A DNA stretch of 64,000 nucleotides from an uncultured Acidobacteriota bacterium (GTDB lineage: Bacteria > Acidobacteriota > Thermoanaerobaculia > UBA5066). Location of the stretch: assembly GCA_963779415.1 (NCBI GenBank), contig CAVZYA010000003.1:224001-288000 (forward strand), in the 5' to 3' direction. Position numbers and translations under genes: made by a program. Below are positions 29,870 to 39,921 of this stretch, one piece after another. Every line of letters starts with the position of its first letter. Positions within the stretch are counted from its first letter, which is position 1. The notes below the pieces were generated by a model, which searched no databases, was not told where the DNA came from, and saw only the letters and a list, made by a program, of their open reading frames with translations.

Positions 29870-31156
29870 TTATCCCGGGATCCGCTCGATGGAGGCGCCG
29901 AGGGAGCGGAGTTTCGCGTCCATCCCGGCGTAGCCGCGGTCGAGGTGATAGATGCGGCGGACGCGCGTCTCCCCCCGCGCCGCGAGACCGGCGAGGACGA
30001 GAGCGGCCGAGGCCCGGAGGTCTGATGCCGTGACGGGAGCCCCTTCGAGCGGTGTCGGACCCCGGACCACGGCGGCGTGGCCGGCGAGCCGGACGTCGGC
30101 GCCGAGGCGATCCAGCTCGGCGACGTGCAGAAACCGGTTCTCGAAGACCGTCTCCTCGATCCGGGAGGTTCCCCGGCCCTGCGTCATCAGGGCGAGGAAC
30201 TGGGCCTGCAGGTCCGTCGGGAAGCCCGGATGGGGCGCCGTCCGGACGTCGGTCGCGCGGAGCGGGCCATCCCGCGAGACGCGGATCGATCCCGGCCCGG
30301 TCTCGACGTCGACTCCGGCGCGGCGGAGGGCGTCGAGGAACGCCGTCAGGTCGTCGGCCACGGCGCCCGTGACGGTGACGTCGCCCCCGCTGATCGCGCC
30401 CGCCGCGAGGTAGGTTCCCGTCTCGATCCGATCGGGGAGGATGACGTGAGGGCTCGGACCCGTTCCGCCGAGCCGCTCCACCCCCTCGACCCCGATCGTC
30501 GCCGTCCCGGCTCCCTCGATCCGGGCCCCCATCGTGGTGAGAAGCCGCGCGACGTCGACGACTTCGGGCTCGACGGCGGCGTTCTGAAGCACCGTCCGGC
30601 CCCGGGCGAGCACCGCGGCGAAAAGGACGTTCTCGGTCCCCGTGACCGTCGGCTGCGGGAAGGTGATCTCGGTTCCGACGAGCCGTCCCGCTGAGGTGGA
30701 AACGCGCGAGACGTGGGCGTGGATATACCCTTTCTCGACGGCGACCCGCGCCCCCATCGCTTCCATCGCCGCGATGTGGAGATCGACCGGCCGGACGCCG
30801 ATCGCGCATCCACCCGGCAGCGACACGCGGGCTTCGCCGAAGCGGGCGAGAAGGGGCCCGAGGACGAGGATGGAGGCCCGCATCGTCCGGACGAGGTCGA
30901 ACGGGGCTTCCGTCGAGGAGACCTCGTCGGAGCGGAGCGTGAGCCTCCCGCCTTCTTCCCGCCGGACGGCGACGCCCATCTGCTCGAGGAGAACCCCCAT
31001 CGTCCGGACGTCCACCACGTCCGGGACGTTCTCCAGCACCACGGGCTCGGCGGTCAGGAGGGCCGCCGCGGCGGCCGGCAGGGCGGCGTTCTTCGCGCCG
31101 CTCGCTGCGACGGTTCCGGCGAGGCGCGACGGGCCGCGGATGAGAAAGGCGTCCAC
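29870..31156 (-). CDS. murA: UDP-N-acetylglucosamine 1-carboxyvinyltransferase
   Basis: SGAKNAALP, MRASILVLGPL, LPGGCAIGVRPVDLH (active-site Cys), PGFPTDLQAQ and DLRASA. Confidence 0.97.
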   Translation of the reverse strand: MDAFLIRGPSRLAGTVAASGAKNAALPAAAAALLTAEPVVLENVPDVVDVRTMGVLLEQMGVAVRREEGGRLTLRSDEVSSTEAPFDLVRTMRASILVLGPLLARFGEARVSLPGGCAIGVRPVDLHIAAMEAMGARVAVEKGYIHAHVSRVSTSAGRLVGTEITFPQPTVTGTENVLFAAVLARGRTVLQNAAVEPEVVDVARLLTTMGARIEGAGTATIGVEGVERLGGTGPSPHVILPDRIETGTYLAAGAISGGDVTVTGAVADDLTAFLDALRRAGVDVETGPGSIRVSRDGPLRATDVRTAPHPGFPTDLQAQFLALMTQGRGTSRIEETVFENRFLHVAELDRLGADVRLAGHAAVVRGPTPLEGAPVTASDLRASAALVLAGLAARGETRVRRIYHLDRGYAGMDAKLRSLGASIERIPG

Positions 31157-31234
31157 GCGAGTGGAAGTCTACCGGCCCGCCGACACCGGCTGCGGACGAG
31201 AGTGCCGCTTTCTTCCAAGATAGGATCGCTTTCG

Positions 31235-32320
31235 ATGAATTCGGTCTCTCCTCCGAGGATCCGGGAGAACGTCTCTCTCCTCCGGCACCACACCTTTCGA
31301 CTCGACGTGCGTGCCCGGTACTTCGCCCAGATCCGATCCGCCGCGGAACTGCAGCTCTTCGTCGGTGAGAGACTTCGTCCCGGACGACTCCTGGTTCTCG
31401 GGAGCGGCGCCAATCTTCTCTTCACGGGGGATTTCGACGGCCTCGTCCTCAAGATGGAGCTTCTCGGCAGGCATGTCGTCTCCGAAGATTCGGAGAGCGT
31501 CGTCCTCGACGTTGCCGCCGGCGAGGACTGGCCGCGCCTCGTCGCGGACGTCGTGAAAAGGGGATGGGGCGGCATCGAGAACCTGGCGCTCGTCCCCGGC
31601 ACCGTCGGCGCCGCCCCCATCCAGCACATCGCGGCCTACGGGCACAACCTTCAGGACGTCTTCGTCTCTCTCGAGGCTTTCTCCGTCAAGGACGGGGCCG
31701 TCCGGACTTTCTCGCACGATGACTGTCAGTTTGGCTATCGGGAGAGCGTCTTTCGCCGGGAGCTTCGCGGGGCGTACGTCGTCACGAGCGTCCGGCTTCG
31801 CCTCAGCAAGCGTCCCTCGTTGAATACGAGCTATCGATCCCGGTACGAGTCGCTGGAGGACGAACTCGCGAAGGGCGGGAGCGGGCCCTGGGGCGTCCGC
31901 GACGTTTACGGGGCCGTCGTCGCCATCCGAAAGCGGAAGCTGCCCGACATCAAGCGAATCGGAACCGCGGGGAGCTTCTTCAAGAACCCCGTCGTCTCGC
32001 GCGACCACTATCTCGCGCTGAGCCGATCCTGCCCGGGCCTTCCGTTCTATCCCGTCCAGCAGCTCTCATACGAGGTGTCCGGACCGACCAGTGAGCCGGC
32101 CGAAGATCGCGTCCGCGTTCCCGCCGGCTGGCTGCTCGAGCAGCTCGGGTGGAAGGGGAAGAGAGTGCGTCACTGCGGCCTCTGGCCGCAACAGGCGCTC
32201 ACCATCGTCAACTACGGCGGTGCGAGCCCGCGTGAGGTTCTGGACCTCGTCGAAAGCATCCGCGAAGCTTTCCTCTCGCGATACGACATCGCGCTCGAGA
32301 ACGAGGTCGAGATCATTTAG
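31235..32320 (+). CDS. murB: UDP-N-acetylmuramate dehydrogenase (long, E. coli-like type)
   Basis: LGSGANLLF, ENLALVPGTVGAAP, FGYRESVF, AGSFFKNP and LENEV. Confidence 0.95.
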   Translation: MNSVSPPRIRENVSLLRHHTFRLDVRARYFAQIRSAAELQLFVGERLRPGRLLVLGSGANLLFTGDFDGLVLKMELLGRHVVSEDSESVVLDVAAGEDWPRLVADVVKRGWGGIENLALVPGTVGAAPIQHIAAYGHNLQDVFVSLEAFSVKDGAVRTFSHDDCQFGYRESVFRRELRGAYVVTSVRLRLSKRPSLNTSYRSRYESLEDELAKGGSGPWGVRDVYGAVVAIRKRKLPDIKRIGTAGSFFKNPVVSRDHYLALSRSCPGLPFYPVQQLSYEVSGPTSEPAEDRVRVPAGWLLEQLGWKGKRVRHCGLWPQQALTIVNYGGASPREVLDLVESIREAFLSRYDIALENEVEII

Positions 32321-32337
32321 GGGACAGGGCAACCCCC

Positions 32338-32558
32338 TCAGTACGGCATCTCCTCGTCGTCAAGGCCGAAGTAGTGGCCCAGCTCGTGGACGACGGTGTC
32401 CTTGATCTCGTTCACCGCCTCCCGGTTCGATCGGGTGCAGCGAAGGATGGGGCCGCGGAAGACGGCGATCTCCGGGGGGAGGCCGGGAATGTCGGACCAG
32501 GTCATCTCGGTCCGCATCGGGCCGCGGTAGATGCCGAAGAGTTCCTCGTCGTCGGGGG
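32338..32558 (-). pseudogene. Orphan 3' fragment duplicating the zincin gene end (33347-33567)
   Basis: 221-bp imperfect direct repeat encoding PDDEELFGIYRGPMRTEM...HELGHYFGLDDEEMPY*, with the N-terminus missing. Confidence 0.9.
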
Positions 32559-32567
32559 CATATAATT

Positions 32568-32580
32568 GGGGTCAGACCCC
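32568..32580. repeat. GGGGTC-A-GACCCC palindrome at the duplication junction
   Basis: Perfect 6-bp inverted repeat preceded by AT-rich TATAATT, immediately where the duplicated fragment ends. Confidence 0.7.
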
Positions 32581-32585
32581 TCTCC

Positions 32586-33242
32586 CTAGTTCGCCTGCGC
32601 CCGGGCCTTCTCTTCGATCGTCGCCTTGCTCTTCAGGATCGTGTCGACGATCTCGGCGGCCAGCTTCTTGATGTCGGCGCTCGACTCCACCTTGCCAATG
32701 ACGAACTTGGCCGCCACGACGTACGGGTTCCACCCGACCGGCGGGCCCTGCCCGCGAAGCGCCTCGGCCGTCCCGAAGACGATGAAAGGGGCGGCAGGGT
32801 TCACGGCGAGATCGGCCACGCTGACGGTGACCTGCGTGTTCGCCGGGTCGGGTTTTCCCGTCAGAAACGACGGCATCTGCATCCTGCCGGTCTGACTGTC
32901 GATCGCGTAGAAGATCCCCGTGACGAGCCAGCCGGCCTTGGGAAGCGCCGCCTCACGGGAGATGCGCTGCGCCGTATAGCCCGCGGACTTGAACGCGTCG
33001 GCAACCGCGCCGGAGAGCGATCCCGCGCTCGTCACGGCCTTCTCGCTGGCACGGTTGCCGCGGAGGGAAGAGTGGGGACCCTTCCGGGACGAGCCGCCCT
33101 GGTCGCCGGTATGGGCCTCGAAGTCCCGGACGTAGATCGTGCGCGGCGCCGGCGTCGCCTCCGCAGGCACCTGAGCCTGCGTTTTCAGGGCGCAGCCCAG
33201 TCCGAGCAGTACCAACGGGCCGACTCGCATGATGCTCGTCAC
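32586..33242 (-). CDS. Exported hypothetical protein, DUF4410-like
   Basis: Signal-like N-terminus; IYVRDF, GWLVTGIF and NPYVVAAKFV. Family assignment from recall only. Confidence 0.6.
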   Translation of the reverse strand: MTSIMRVGPLVLLGLGCALKTQAQVPAEATPAPRTIYVRDFEAHTGDQGGSSRKGPHSSLRGNRASEKAVTSAGSLSGAVADAFKSAGYTAQRISREAALPKAGWLVTGIFYAIDSQTGRMQMPSFLTGKPDPANTQVTVSVADLAVNPAAPFIVFGTAEALRGQGPPVGWNPYVVAAKFVIGKVESSADIKKLAAEIVDTILKSKATIEEKARAQAN

Positions 33243-33346
33243 GTCCCGCCTCCTTCGCGCATCGAGGAGCGATCATAGATCACGGCCCCACGCATGAAGA
33301 GGGAATCGAATCGCTCCGGTACGAGTAGGCGTCCCCGGGCGCACTC

Positions 33347-33730
33347 TCAGTACGGCATCTCCTCGTCGTCGAGGCCGAAGTAGTGCCCCAGCTCGTGGAC
33401 GACGGTGTCCTTGATCTCTTTCACCGCTTCCCGGTTGTTGCGGGTACAACGGAGGATCGGGCCGCGAAAGATGGCGATCTCGGAGGGGAGGCCGGGCAGG
33501 TCGGACCAGGTCATCTCGGTCCGCATCGGGCCGCGGTAGATGCCGAAGAGCTCCTCGTCGTCGGGGGTGTCGGTCAGGACGCAGTCGTCCTCGGTCGGCT
33601 CCTCCTCGACGGCGATGACGACGTTCTCGAGCCGGTCCTTGAATTCCTTCGGCAGCTCCTCGAGGGCTTCCTCGACGAGCTTCTCGAACTGGGCCATCGT
33701 CAGGCGGGGAGGGCGGCCGGCGCGTCTCAT
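33347..33730 (-). CDS. Zincin-like (Zincin_1) small metallopeptidase
   Basis: FEKLVEEALEELP, LFGIYRG, IAIFRGPI and TVVHELGHYFG. Confidence 0.9.
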   Translation of the reverse strand: MRRAGRPPRLTMAQFEKLVEEALEELPKEFKDRLENVVIAVEEEPTEDDCVLTDTPDDEELFGIYRGPMRTEMTWSDLPGLPSEIAIFRGPILRCTRNNREAVKEIKDTVVHELGHYFGLDDEEMPY

Positions 33731-34548
33731 GGCGTCCGGAAGAGGCGGCGGAAGTTGGCCGTCGTGACCGCCGCGACCTCGGCGACCGGGACCCCCTTCA
33801 CCTCGGCGAGGCGCTCCGCCGTCCGAGGAAGGAGCGACGGCTCGTTCGGCTTTCCGCGGAAGGGGGCGGGGGCGAGGTACGGCGCGTCGGTCTCGACGAG
33901 CATCGAGTCGAGCGGCAGGACAGCGGCGGAGGCGCGGACGTTGTCGGCCGCGCCAAAGGTGATCATCCCCGAGAACGAGACGAGATAGCCGAAGGCGATC
34001 GCGCGGCGGCCCGTCTCGACATCCGCACAGAAGGAATGGAGGACCCCACGAAGGGCCCCCGGATCGCCCCGGTACTCCCCTTCGAGGATCGGGAGGAGAT
34101 CGCCCTCCGAGTTCCGGTTATGAAGGAGCACCGGAAGGCCTCTCTCCCGCGCAAACCGGAGCTGGGCCGAGAGGACGCGTTTCTGAACGTCGCGCGGGGA
34201 GTGGTCGTAGTGGTAGTCGAGGCCGATCTCCCCCACCGCCACGACCTTCTTCGAGGCGCAAAGCTCGTCGAAGAGCCGGAGGTCGGCGTCCTCGTCGAAG
34301 TCCTTCGCTTCGTGAGGGTGGATGCCGACCGCCGCGAAGACCCCCTCGTACGCCTCTGCGATCTCCACCGCGAGACGAAGGTCTCCCCGGCAGGTCCCCG
34401 GCACGAGCATCCGCGTGACGCCGGCGTCACGCGCGCGGCCGACAAGGCCCGCGACCTCGGGGGCGGAGGGCGCCCGAGGGCGCTCGCGCGTCGTGCCGCC
34501 CTCGAAGACCATCGTCAGATGGCCGTGCGAGTCGGCCAGCTCGACCAT
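33727..34548 (-). CDS. tatD: TatD family deoxyribonuclease
   Basis: DSHGHL, VGIHPH, VGEIGLDY, GVLHSF and VETDAPYLAP. Confidence 0.93.
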   Translation of the reverse strand: MVELADSHGHLTMVFEGGTTRERPRAPSAPEVAGLVGRARDAGVTRMLVPGTCRGDLRLAVEIAEAYEGVFAAVGIHPHEAKDFDEDADLRLFDELCASKKVVAVGEIGLDYHYDHSPRDVQKRVLSAQLRFARERGLPVLLHNRNSEGDLLPILEGEYRGDPGALRGVLHSFCADVETGRRAIAFGYLVSFSGMITFGAADNVRASAAVLPLDSMLVETDAPYLAPAPFRGKPNEPSLLPRTAERLAEVKGVPVAEVAAVTTANFRRLFRTP

Positions 34549-34550
34549 CG

Positions 34551-35456
34551 TCAGCGGGGCGTGACCACCGGCACGCCGCCCTGGCTGTAGAACTCGAGGA
34601 TCTTCTGCCACGCCTCGGCCCCCGTCTCGGCCCAGCTGACGAGGCGGAGGTCGTCCGCTCCGACGAGCCCTTCCTCGAGGAGGAACTCCCAGTCGATCAG
34701 CTTTTCCCAGAACTCGCGCCCCACGAGGATCATCGGGATCCGGTCCATCTTCCCCGTCTGGATCAGCGTGAGTGCCTCGAACAGCTCGTCCAGCGTGCCG
34801 AATCCCCCCGGGAAGGCGACGAGCGCCTTGGCGCGGACGAGGAAGTGCATCTTCCGGATGCCGAAATACTGGAAGAGGAAACAGAGGTCCGGCGAGATGT
34901 AGGGGTTCGGCACCTGCTCGCGCGGGAGGAGGATGTTGAGGCCGATGCTCTTGGCGCCGACGTCCCAGGCGCCGCGGTTGGCGGCCTCCATGATCCCCGG
35001 CCCGCCGCCGGTCGTGACGACGAAATCGCAGAAGCCCCCCTTCTGGCAGGTGGAGGAGAGGATCCGCGAAAACTCACGCGCCTCCTCGTAGTAGCGCGCG
35101 CCCGCGGCGAGGCGCCGCGCCGTCTCGAGGGCGCGCGCGGCCGTCGGGTCTCCCGGATGGGCCGCCGCGGCGGCCTCGGCCACCTTGACGCGCGCTTCGG
35201 CCACGTCCTTCTCGACGACACGGGAACTGCCGAAGACGACGATCGTGGAGCGGACGTTCTCCTCCCGAAGCGCCATCTCCGTCTTCTCCAGCTCGAGCAG
35301 CAGGCGGACGCCCCGAAGCTCCGGCCGGGAGAGAAAAGCGAGGTCTTCCTGCACCTTGAGGTAGGTCGACGAGGAGAGAATCCGCGAGAGGTTCTCCTTC
35401 GAGGCCGAGTCGGCCCCGATCTTCGGGCCCTTCAGGTCCTCCGGGTCCACTTTCAT
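34551..35456 (-). CDS. LOG family protein (TIGR00730-like)
   Basis: TGGGPGIMEAANRGA, FGIRKMHF and PGGFGTLDE. Confidence 0.92.
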   Translation of the reverse strand: MKVDPEDLKGPKIGADSASKENLSRILSSSTYLKVQEDLAFLSRPELRGVRLLLELEKTEMALREENVRSTIVVFGSSRVVEKDVAEARVKVAEAAAAAHPGDPTAARALETARRLAAGARYYEEAREFSRILSSTCQKGGFCDFVVTTGGGPGIMEAANRGAWDVGAKSIGLNILLPREQVPNPYISPDLCFLFQYFGIRKMHFLVRAKALVAFPGGFGTLDELFEALTLIQTGKMDRIPMILVGREFWEKLIDWEFLLEEGLVGADDLRLVSWAETGAEAWQKILEFYSQGGVPVVTPR

Positions 35457-35460
35457 CCCG

Positions 35461-37544
35461 TTACTTCACCTTCGCGCCGGAGGGGACCGCCGGGTCGACC
35501 ATCAGGAGCGAGGGCTCGCCGCTCTCCGGAAACGTCGCCGCGAGGATCATCCCGTTCGACTCGACCCCCATCAGCTTCGCCGGCGCGAGGTTGTAGACGA
35601 AGGCGAACTTCTTCCCGACGAGCTGCTCCGCCACGTAGGCCGTCGCGATGCCTCCCACGATCGTCCGGACCTCATCGGCGAACTTCACCGTCATCTTCAT
35701 CAGCTTCTTCGACTTCTCGACCTTCTCCGCCGCGATCACCTCGCCGACGCGGAACTCGATGCGCGAGAACTCCTCGATCGTGATCCGCGCCGCCTGCGGC
35801 GCCGCCGAGGGCACCGGGAGATTTTGCTTAGAAAGGGAATCGGGCAGACCCGCCGCCGGAGCCGCGCCTGCCGGCGTAGGCGCTGCGGCTGGCTGATTAC
35901 CCTTCGAAGCATCGGTGCTCTTTTCGTCTATCACTTTGGTCTCCTTACTGATGCTGGGCCCGCCCTCGCCTCTGGAAGCAAAGAAAGCTTTCGTGTCGGC
36001 CCTCGGGAAGAGCGGCGGCGCGGGCTCGAGCGGGGCGCCGAGGGGGAGCTGTCCCCAGGCGAGGTCCTTCTCGGTGACGTCCGCCGACGCGCTTCGGCGC
36101 GCCGAGCCGGCGGAGGATCTCCTCGGCGGTGCCGGGCGCGATCGGCGAAAGGAGCACCGCCGCGATCCGGAGGCCTTCGAGGCAGTCATAGAGGATGTGG
36201 TGAAGCTGCGGCGTCGACCCCTTGAGTCTTCGCGATCTTCCAGGGCTCGTTCGTCGAGATGTAGCCGTCGATGGCCTGAAGCAGCAGACGGATCGGCTCC
36301 CGCGGCGTCCTGGAGCCGGTACTCCTCGAAGGCGTCGTTCCAGAGCCGCGACGCGACGCTTCGGCCGCGCGGCGGGAAGATCGATTCGGATTTCCCCGCT
36401 CCGACGGCGTCTTCCCGCCGAAGGCGTCCGCCGCCATCCGGACGGCGCGTGAGAGGGTGTTCCCGAGGCCGTTCGCGAGGTCCGCGTTGTAGGCGGTCAG
36501 GAAGGCCTCATCCGAGAAATTCGCGTCCTGCCCGAACGCCATCTCCGAGACGAGGTGCCACCGAAGCGGGTCGACGCCGAAGGTGGCGACCAGCTCGTCG
36601 GGGCGGACGACGTTTCCGACGGTCTTCGACATCTTCCGGTCGTCCTTCAGCCAGAAGCCGTGGCTCACGACCTGCGTCGGAAGCGGAAGGCCCGCCGACA
36701 TCAGGAACGCGGGCCAGAAGACGGCGTGGAAGCGGAGGATGTCCTTGCCGACGACGTGGACGGCCGTCGCGTCGCTTCCGCTCGAAGGCCAGAAATCCCG
36801 ATAGAGCGCGTCGCCCGTCCCGCCGAAGCCGAGCGCGCTCAGGTAGTTCGTCAGGGCGTCCAGCCAGACGTAGACGACGTGCCCCGGGTAGCCCGGAAAC
36901 GGGATCCCCCAGGAGACGCTCGTCCGCGAGACCGAAAGGTCCTTCAGCCCCGCGGCGACGAACGACCTGACCTCGTTGAGACGACTCTCGGGGAAGACGA
37001 AAGGGACCCCGCCGGTTCCCTTCTCGTAGAGCGCCAGAAGCGGCGCCTCGTACTTCGAGAGGCGGAAGAAGACGTTCTCCTCCTTCTCCCAGTCGAGCTT
37101 CGTCCCGTGGACGGGGCAGACCCCCTCCGCGAGGTCTTTTTCCGGGTAGAACGCCTCGCACGGCGCGCAGTACCAACCCTCGTGCGACTTCACGTAGAAG
37201 TCCCCCGCGGCCGCGATCCGCCGGATGATCTCCTCGACGCCGGCACGATGCCGCGCTTCGGTCGTCCGGATGAAGTCGTCGTTCGAGATCCCGAACGTTC
37301 TCCAGAGCGTCTGGAACGTCGGCGCGTTCCGGTCCGCCACCGCGATCGGCTCGATTCCTTCCTTGCGGGCCACCTTCTCGATGTTCTGGCCGTGCTCGTC
37401 AGTCCCCGTCAGGAACCGGACGGTGTCGCCCCCGAGGCGCTGCCGGCGCGTCAGGACATCCGTCACGACCGTCGTGTAGAGGTGCCCGATGTGCGGCCGG
37501 TCGTTGACGTAGTAGATCGGCGTCGTGAAGTAGCGGTGAGCCAT
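35461..37544 (-). CDS. metG: Methionine--tRNA ligase with C-terminal tRNA-binding domain (frameshifts around 36100-36400)
   Basis: TTPIYYVN, HIGH, GTDEHG, YVWLDAL, GKDILRFH and KMSKT; C-terminal OB domain with NLAPAKLMGVESNGMIL. Confidence 0.96.
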
Positions 37545-37579
37545 GAGCCGCCGAAGGATAGCCCCAAAGCGCCCCGTCT

Positions 37580-38293
37580 TTAGCGCGGGAGGAGGCCCCG
37601 CCTGAGGAACGAGACCCAGCCCCCGCGTCCGACGACGAGATGGTCGCGGACCGCGATGCCGATCTCTCTCCCTGCAGCCGCGAAGCGCGCCGTCGTGGCG
37701 ACGTCGTCGGGCGAGGGCTCCGGGTCGCCGGAGGGGTGGTTGTGCCAGAGGACCACGCCGATCGCCCCGGCGAGGATCGCCTGCCGGAAGAGAGGCGACG
37801 GCGAGACCGCCGCATGCGCCCCGCCCCCGGAGAAGACGATGGCGTTCTTGAGGAGACGGTTCTTCGCGTCGAGAAGGAGCGCCCCCATCTGCTCGCGCGT
37901 CTCGCCCGCGAGGAGGCGCATCAGGAACTCCGAAGCCGCCTCCGGGTCGGCGATTACGTCGCGCGAGGCGAGGTCGCTCCGGCCGATCCGGGTGGCGATC
38001 TCGAGAACCGCCGCGACACGCGCCGCCTTCGCGTCGCCGATCCCCGTCACGTGCTTCCGGAGTTCGTCCGCTCCCATCCGGAAGAGGCCGTGGAGACCGC
38101 CCGGGGCGAGCAGCTCGGACGCCAGCTCGAGGACGCCGCGCCCCGCCCGCCCCGTCCCGAGGATCACCGCCAGAAGCTCCTCGTCGGCGAGGGCGGATGC
38201 GCCCTTCGCGAGAAGCTTCTCGCGCGGCCGGTCCTCTTTCGGCACTCCGGCCAGCCGGCCGGTCTTCGGCCCGGAGGGACGGCGCGCCGTCAC
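37580..38293 (-). CDS. radC: RadC (JAB/MPN domain) protein
   Basis: EDRPREKLL, GIGDAKA, HNHPSGDPEPSPDD and DHLVVG. Confidence 0.93.
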   Translation of the reverse strand: MTARRPSGPKTGRLAGVPKEDRPREKLLAKGASALADEELLAVILGTGRAGRGVLELASELLAPGGLHGLFRMGADELRKHVTGIGDAKAARVAAVLEIATRIGRSDLASRDVIADPEAASEFLMRLLAGETREQMGALLLDAKNRLLKNAIVFSGGGAHAAVSPSPLFRQAILAGAIGVVLWHNHPSGDPEPSPDDVATTARFAAAGREIGIAVRDHLVVGRGGWVSFLRRGLLPR

Positions 38294-39039
38294 CGCGCGC
38301 CGAGCGCGTGCGCGAGGGCGGCCATCACCTCCGAGGCGCTCGTCCGGAAGACCCCTTCGGCGAGGGGGGCGATCGGCGTGGCTTCCGGGTTGATCTCGAA
38401 GAGATGCGCCCCCGCCCGCGCCGCCATGAGCCCGAGAGAGGAAGCCGGCGCCACGACGGAGGAGGTGCCGACGACGAGGAAGACGGCGCTCTCCTCGGCG
38501 GCCGTCTCGGCAGCGTGCCAGGCCTCCGGGGGAAGCGACTCCCCGAACCAGACGACGTCGGGACGGAGAAGCGCGGCGCAGAGCGGGCAATGGGGCGGGA
38601 GAGCCTCGAACGGGCGATCGGGCGCCGGCGAGACGTGCCCGCACCCCGAGCACCGGTCGCGGAGGATGTTTCCGTGAAGCTCGATCGGATGGCGACTCCC
38701 GGCCGCGCGGTGAAGGCCGTCCACGTTCTGCGTGATCAGCGTCATCCGCGGGATCATTGTCTCGAGGCGCGCGAGAGCGAGGTGGGCTTCGTTCGGCTTC
38801 GCCTCACGCAGCTTCTCCCGGCGCCATTCGTAAAAACGCCAGACCTTCACCGGGTCGCGGGCGAAGGCGCCGGGCGTCGCCAGCTCCTCGGCGCGCTGCC
38901 CCTCCCAGAGGCCGCCGGCTCCGCGGAAGGTCGGCAGGCCACTTTCGGCCGAGACCCCCGCGCCCGTCAGGACGGCGAGAGGCCGTCCGGCGCGTAGGTC
39001 GGAGAGGTACGGGAGGATCGGCGCGAGGTCGACGGTCAT
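38290..39039 (-). CDS. cobB: NAD-dependent protein deacylase (class III sirtuin)
   Basis: GAGVSAESGLPTFRG, FYEWRR (YxxR), TQNVDGLH, ELHG, CxxC...CxxC and RPDVVWFGE. Confidence 0.95.
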   Translation of the reverse strand: MTVDLAPILPYLSDLRAGRPLAVLTGAGVSAESGLPTFRGAGGLWEGQRAEELATPGAFARDPVKVWRFYEWRREKLREAKPNEAHLALARLETMIPRMTLITQNVDGLHRAAGSRHPIELHGNILRDRCSGCGHVSPAPDRPFEALPPHCPLCAALLRPDVVWFGESLPPEAWHAAETAAEESAVFLVVGTSSVVAPASSLGLMAARAGAHLFEINPEATPIAPLAEGVFRTSASEVMAALAHALGAR

Positions 39040-39878
39040 CGGGGAAGCGGCTCCTGGGTTCTCGTCCGCTCCAGCGGCCGGAAATGATACGACTCCGGAA
39101 CGGTGAACGCCGAAGCGTCCGCTCTCGTGGCGGCGCGGCGCTCGAGCCCTGACACGGTGCGCGTCGTCGTCCAGGTGGCGCGGGCGGGAGGCGCGGCACC
39201 TGCCGCGGCGCCCGTTCCGACTCCTTCCGAGAGCGCCTCGGTCGACGCCTCCAGCCGGACCCGCACCGGAAGCCCGGTCACCTTCGCCAGCTCGGTCGAG
39301 AGGGCCGACCGGGCCGCGCCCCGGACCCGGAAGAGGCGGATCAGCCCGTCGAACGGTGTCGGGATCGACGGGTCTCCCAGGTCCACCGTCTCGACGACGC
39401 CGCTCGACTCGTGCTTCAGCCTCACCACACGCCCGGACTGCGCCGAGACGAGGACGAAGGAGACCGAGACCTTCCAGCGCGAAGTCGGCCGGCCTTCGAA
39501 CGAAAGCCCGTCGCCGCTCCGGGCGGCCGAGGCCAGAACGTCCTTCAAGTCGGAGGTCGCGAGGCCTTCCGGGCCGGGGCCCGGCTGGAAGAGCGCATCG
39601 AACTCCTCGCCCGAGACCGGCGTCGCGAGCGACGCTTCCGGGTCGAGAAGAACGAGCGTGCTTCCATCCGCGATCGCGGCCCGGGCGGCGACTCCCGGAA
39701 ACCGCCCTCCCGAAAGCTCCCAGCGGGCCTTCCCGCCGAGTGCCGAAACCGTCCCGGCGAGCGCGAGGTCCCGCGGCCCCGAGGGGGTCAGGGCCCTCGT
39801 GGCCTCCACGACCTCGTAGCGGACGAGCGTCGCGGGCGGGGCGCCGAGGGCGGCCGCGAGAAGGAGCGCCGGCAGCAC
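39036..39878 (-). CDS. Hypothetical exported protein
   Basis: Signal-like MLPALLLAAALGA; beta-rich; ATGA overlap with cobB. Confidence 0.65.
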   Translation of the reverse strand: MLPALLLAAALGAPPATLVRYEVVEATRALTPSGPRDLALAGTVSALGGKARWELSGGRFPGVAARAAIADGSTLVLLDPEASLATPVSGEEFDALFQPGPGPEGLATSDLKDVLASAARSGDGLSFEGRPTSRWKVSVSFVLVSAQSGRVVRLKHESSGVVETVDLGDPSIPTPFDGLIRLFRVRGAARSALSTELAKVTGLPVRVRLEASTEALSEGVGTGAAAGAAPPARATWTTTRTVSGLERRAATRADASAFTVPESYHFRPLERTRTQEPLPR

Positions 39879-39921
39879 GGAACGATGATCGCACGCGGCC
39901 GCCGCCCCCTAGAATGGAAGC

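Noticed and set aside
32338-33567. Diversity-generating retroelement TR/VR pair
   Set aside because: Mismatches are not adenine-specific, most changed codons are synonymous, and no reverse transcriptase is present in the window.
35461-37544. Programmed frameshifting or pseudogenisation of metG and other genes
   Set aside because: Breaks are scattered over unrelated genes with no shared slippery motif; assembly error is more parsimonious.
37580-39039. Sirtuin + RadC/JAB as an anti-phage defence module
   Set aside because: The sirtuin is a canonical CobB deacylase and RadC is the full-length housekeeping type, both in a metG/tatD operon.
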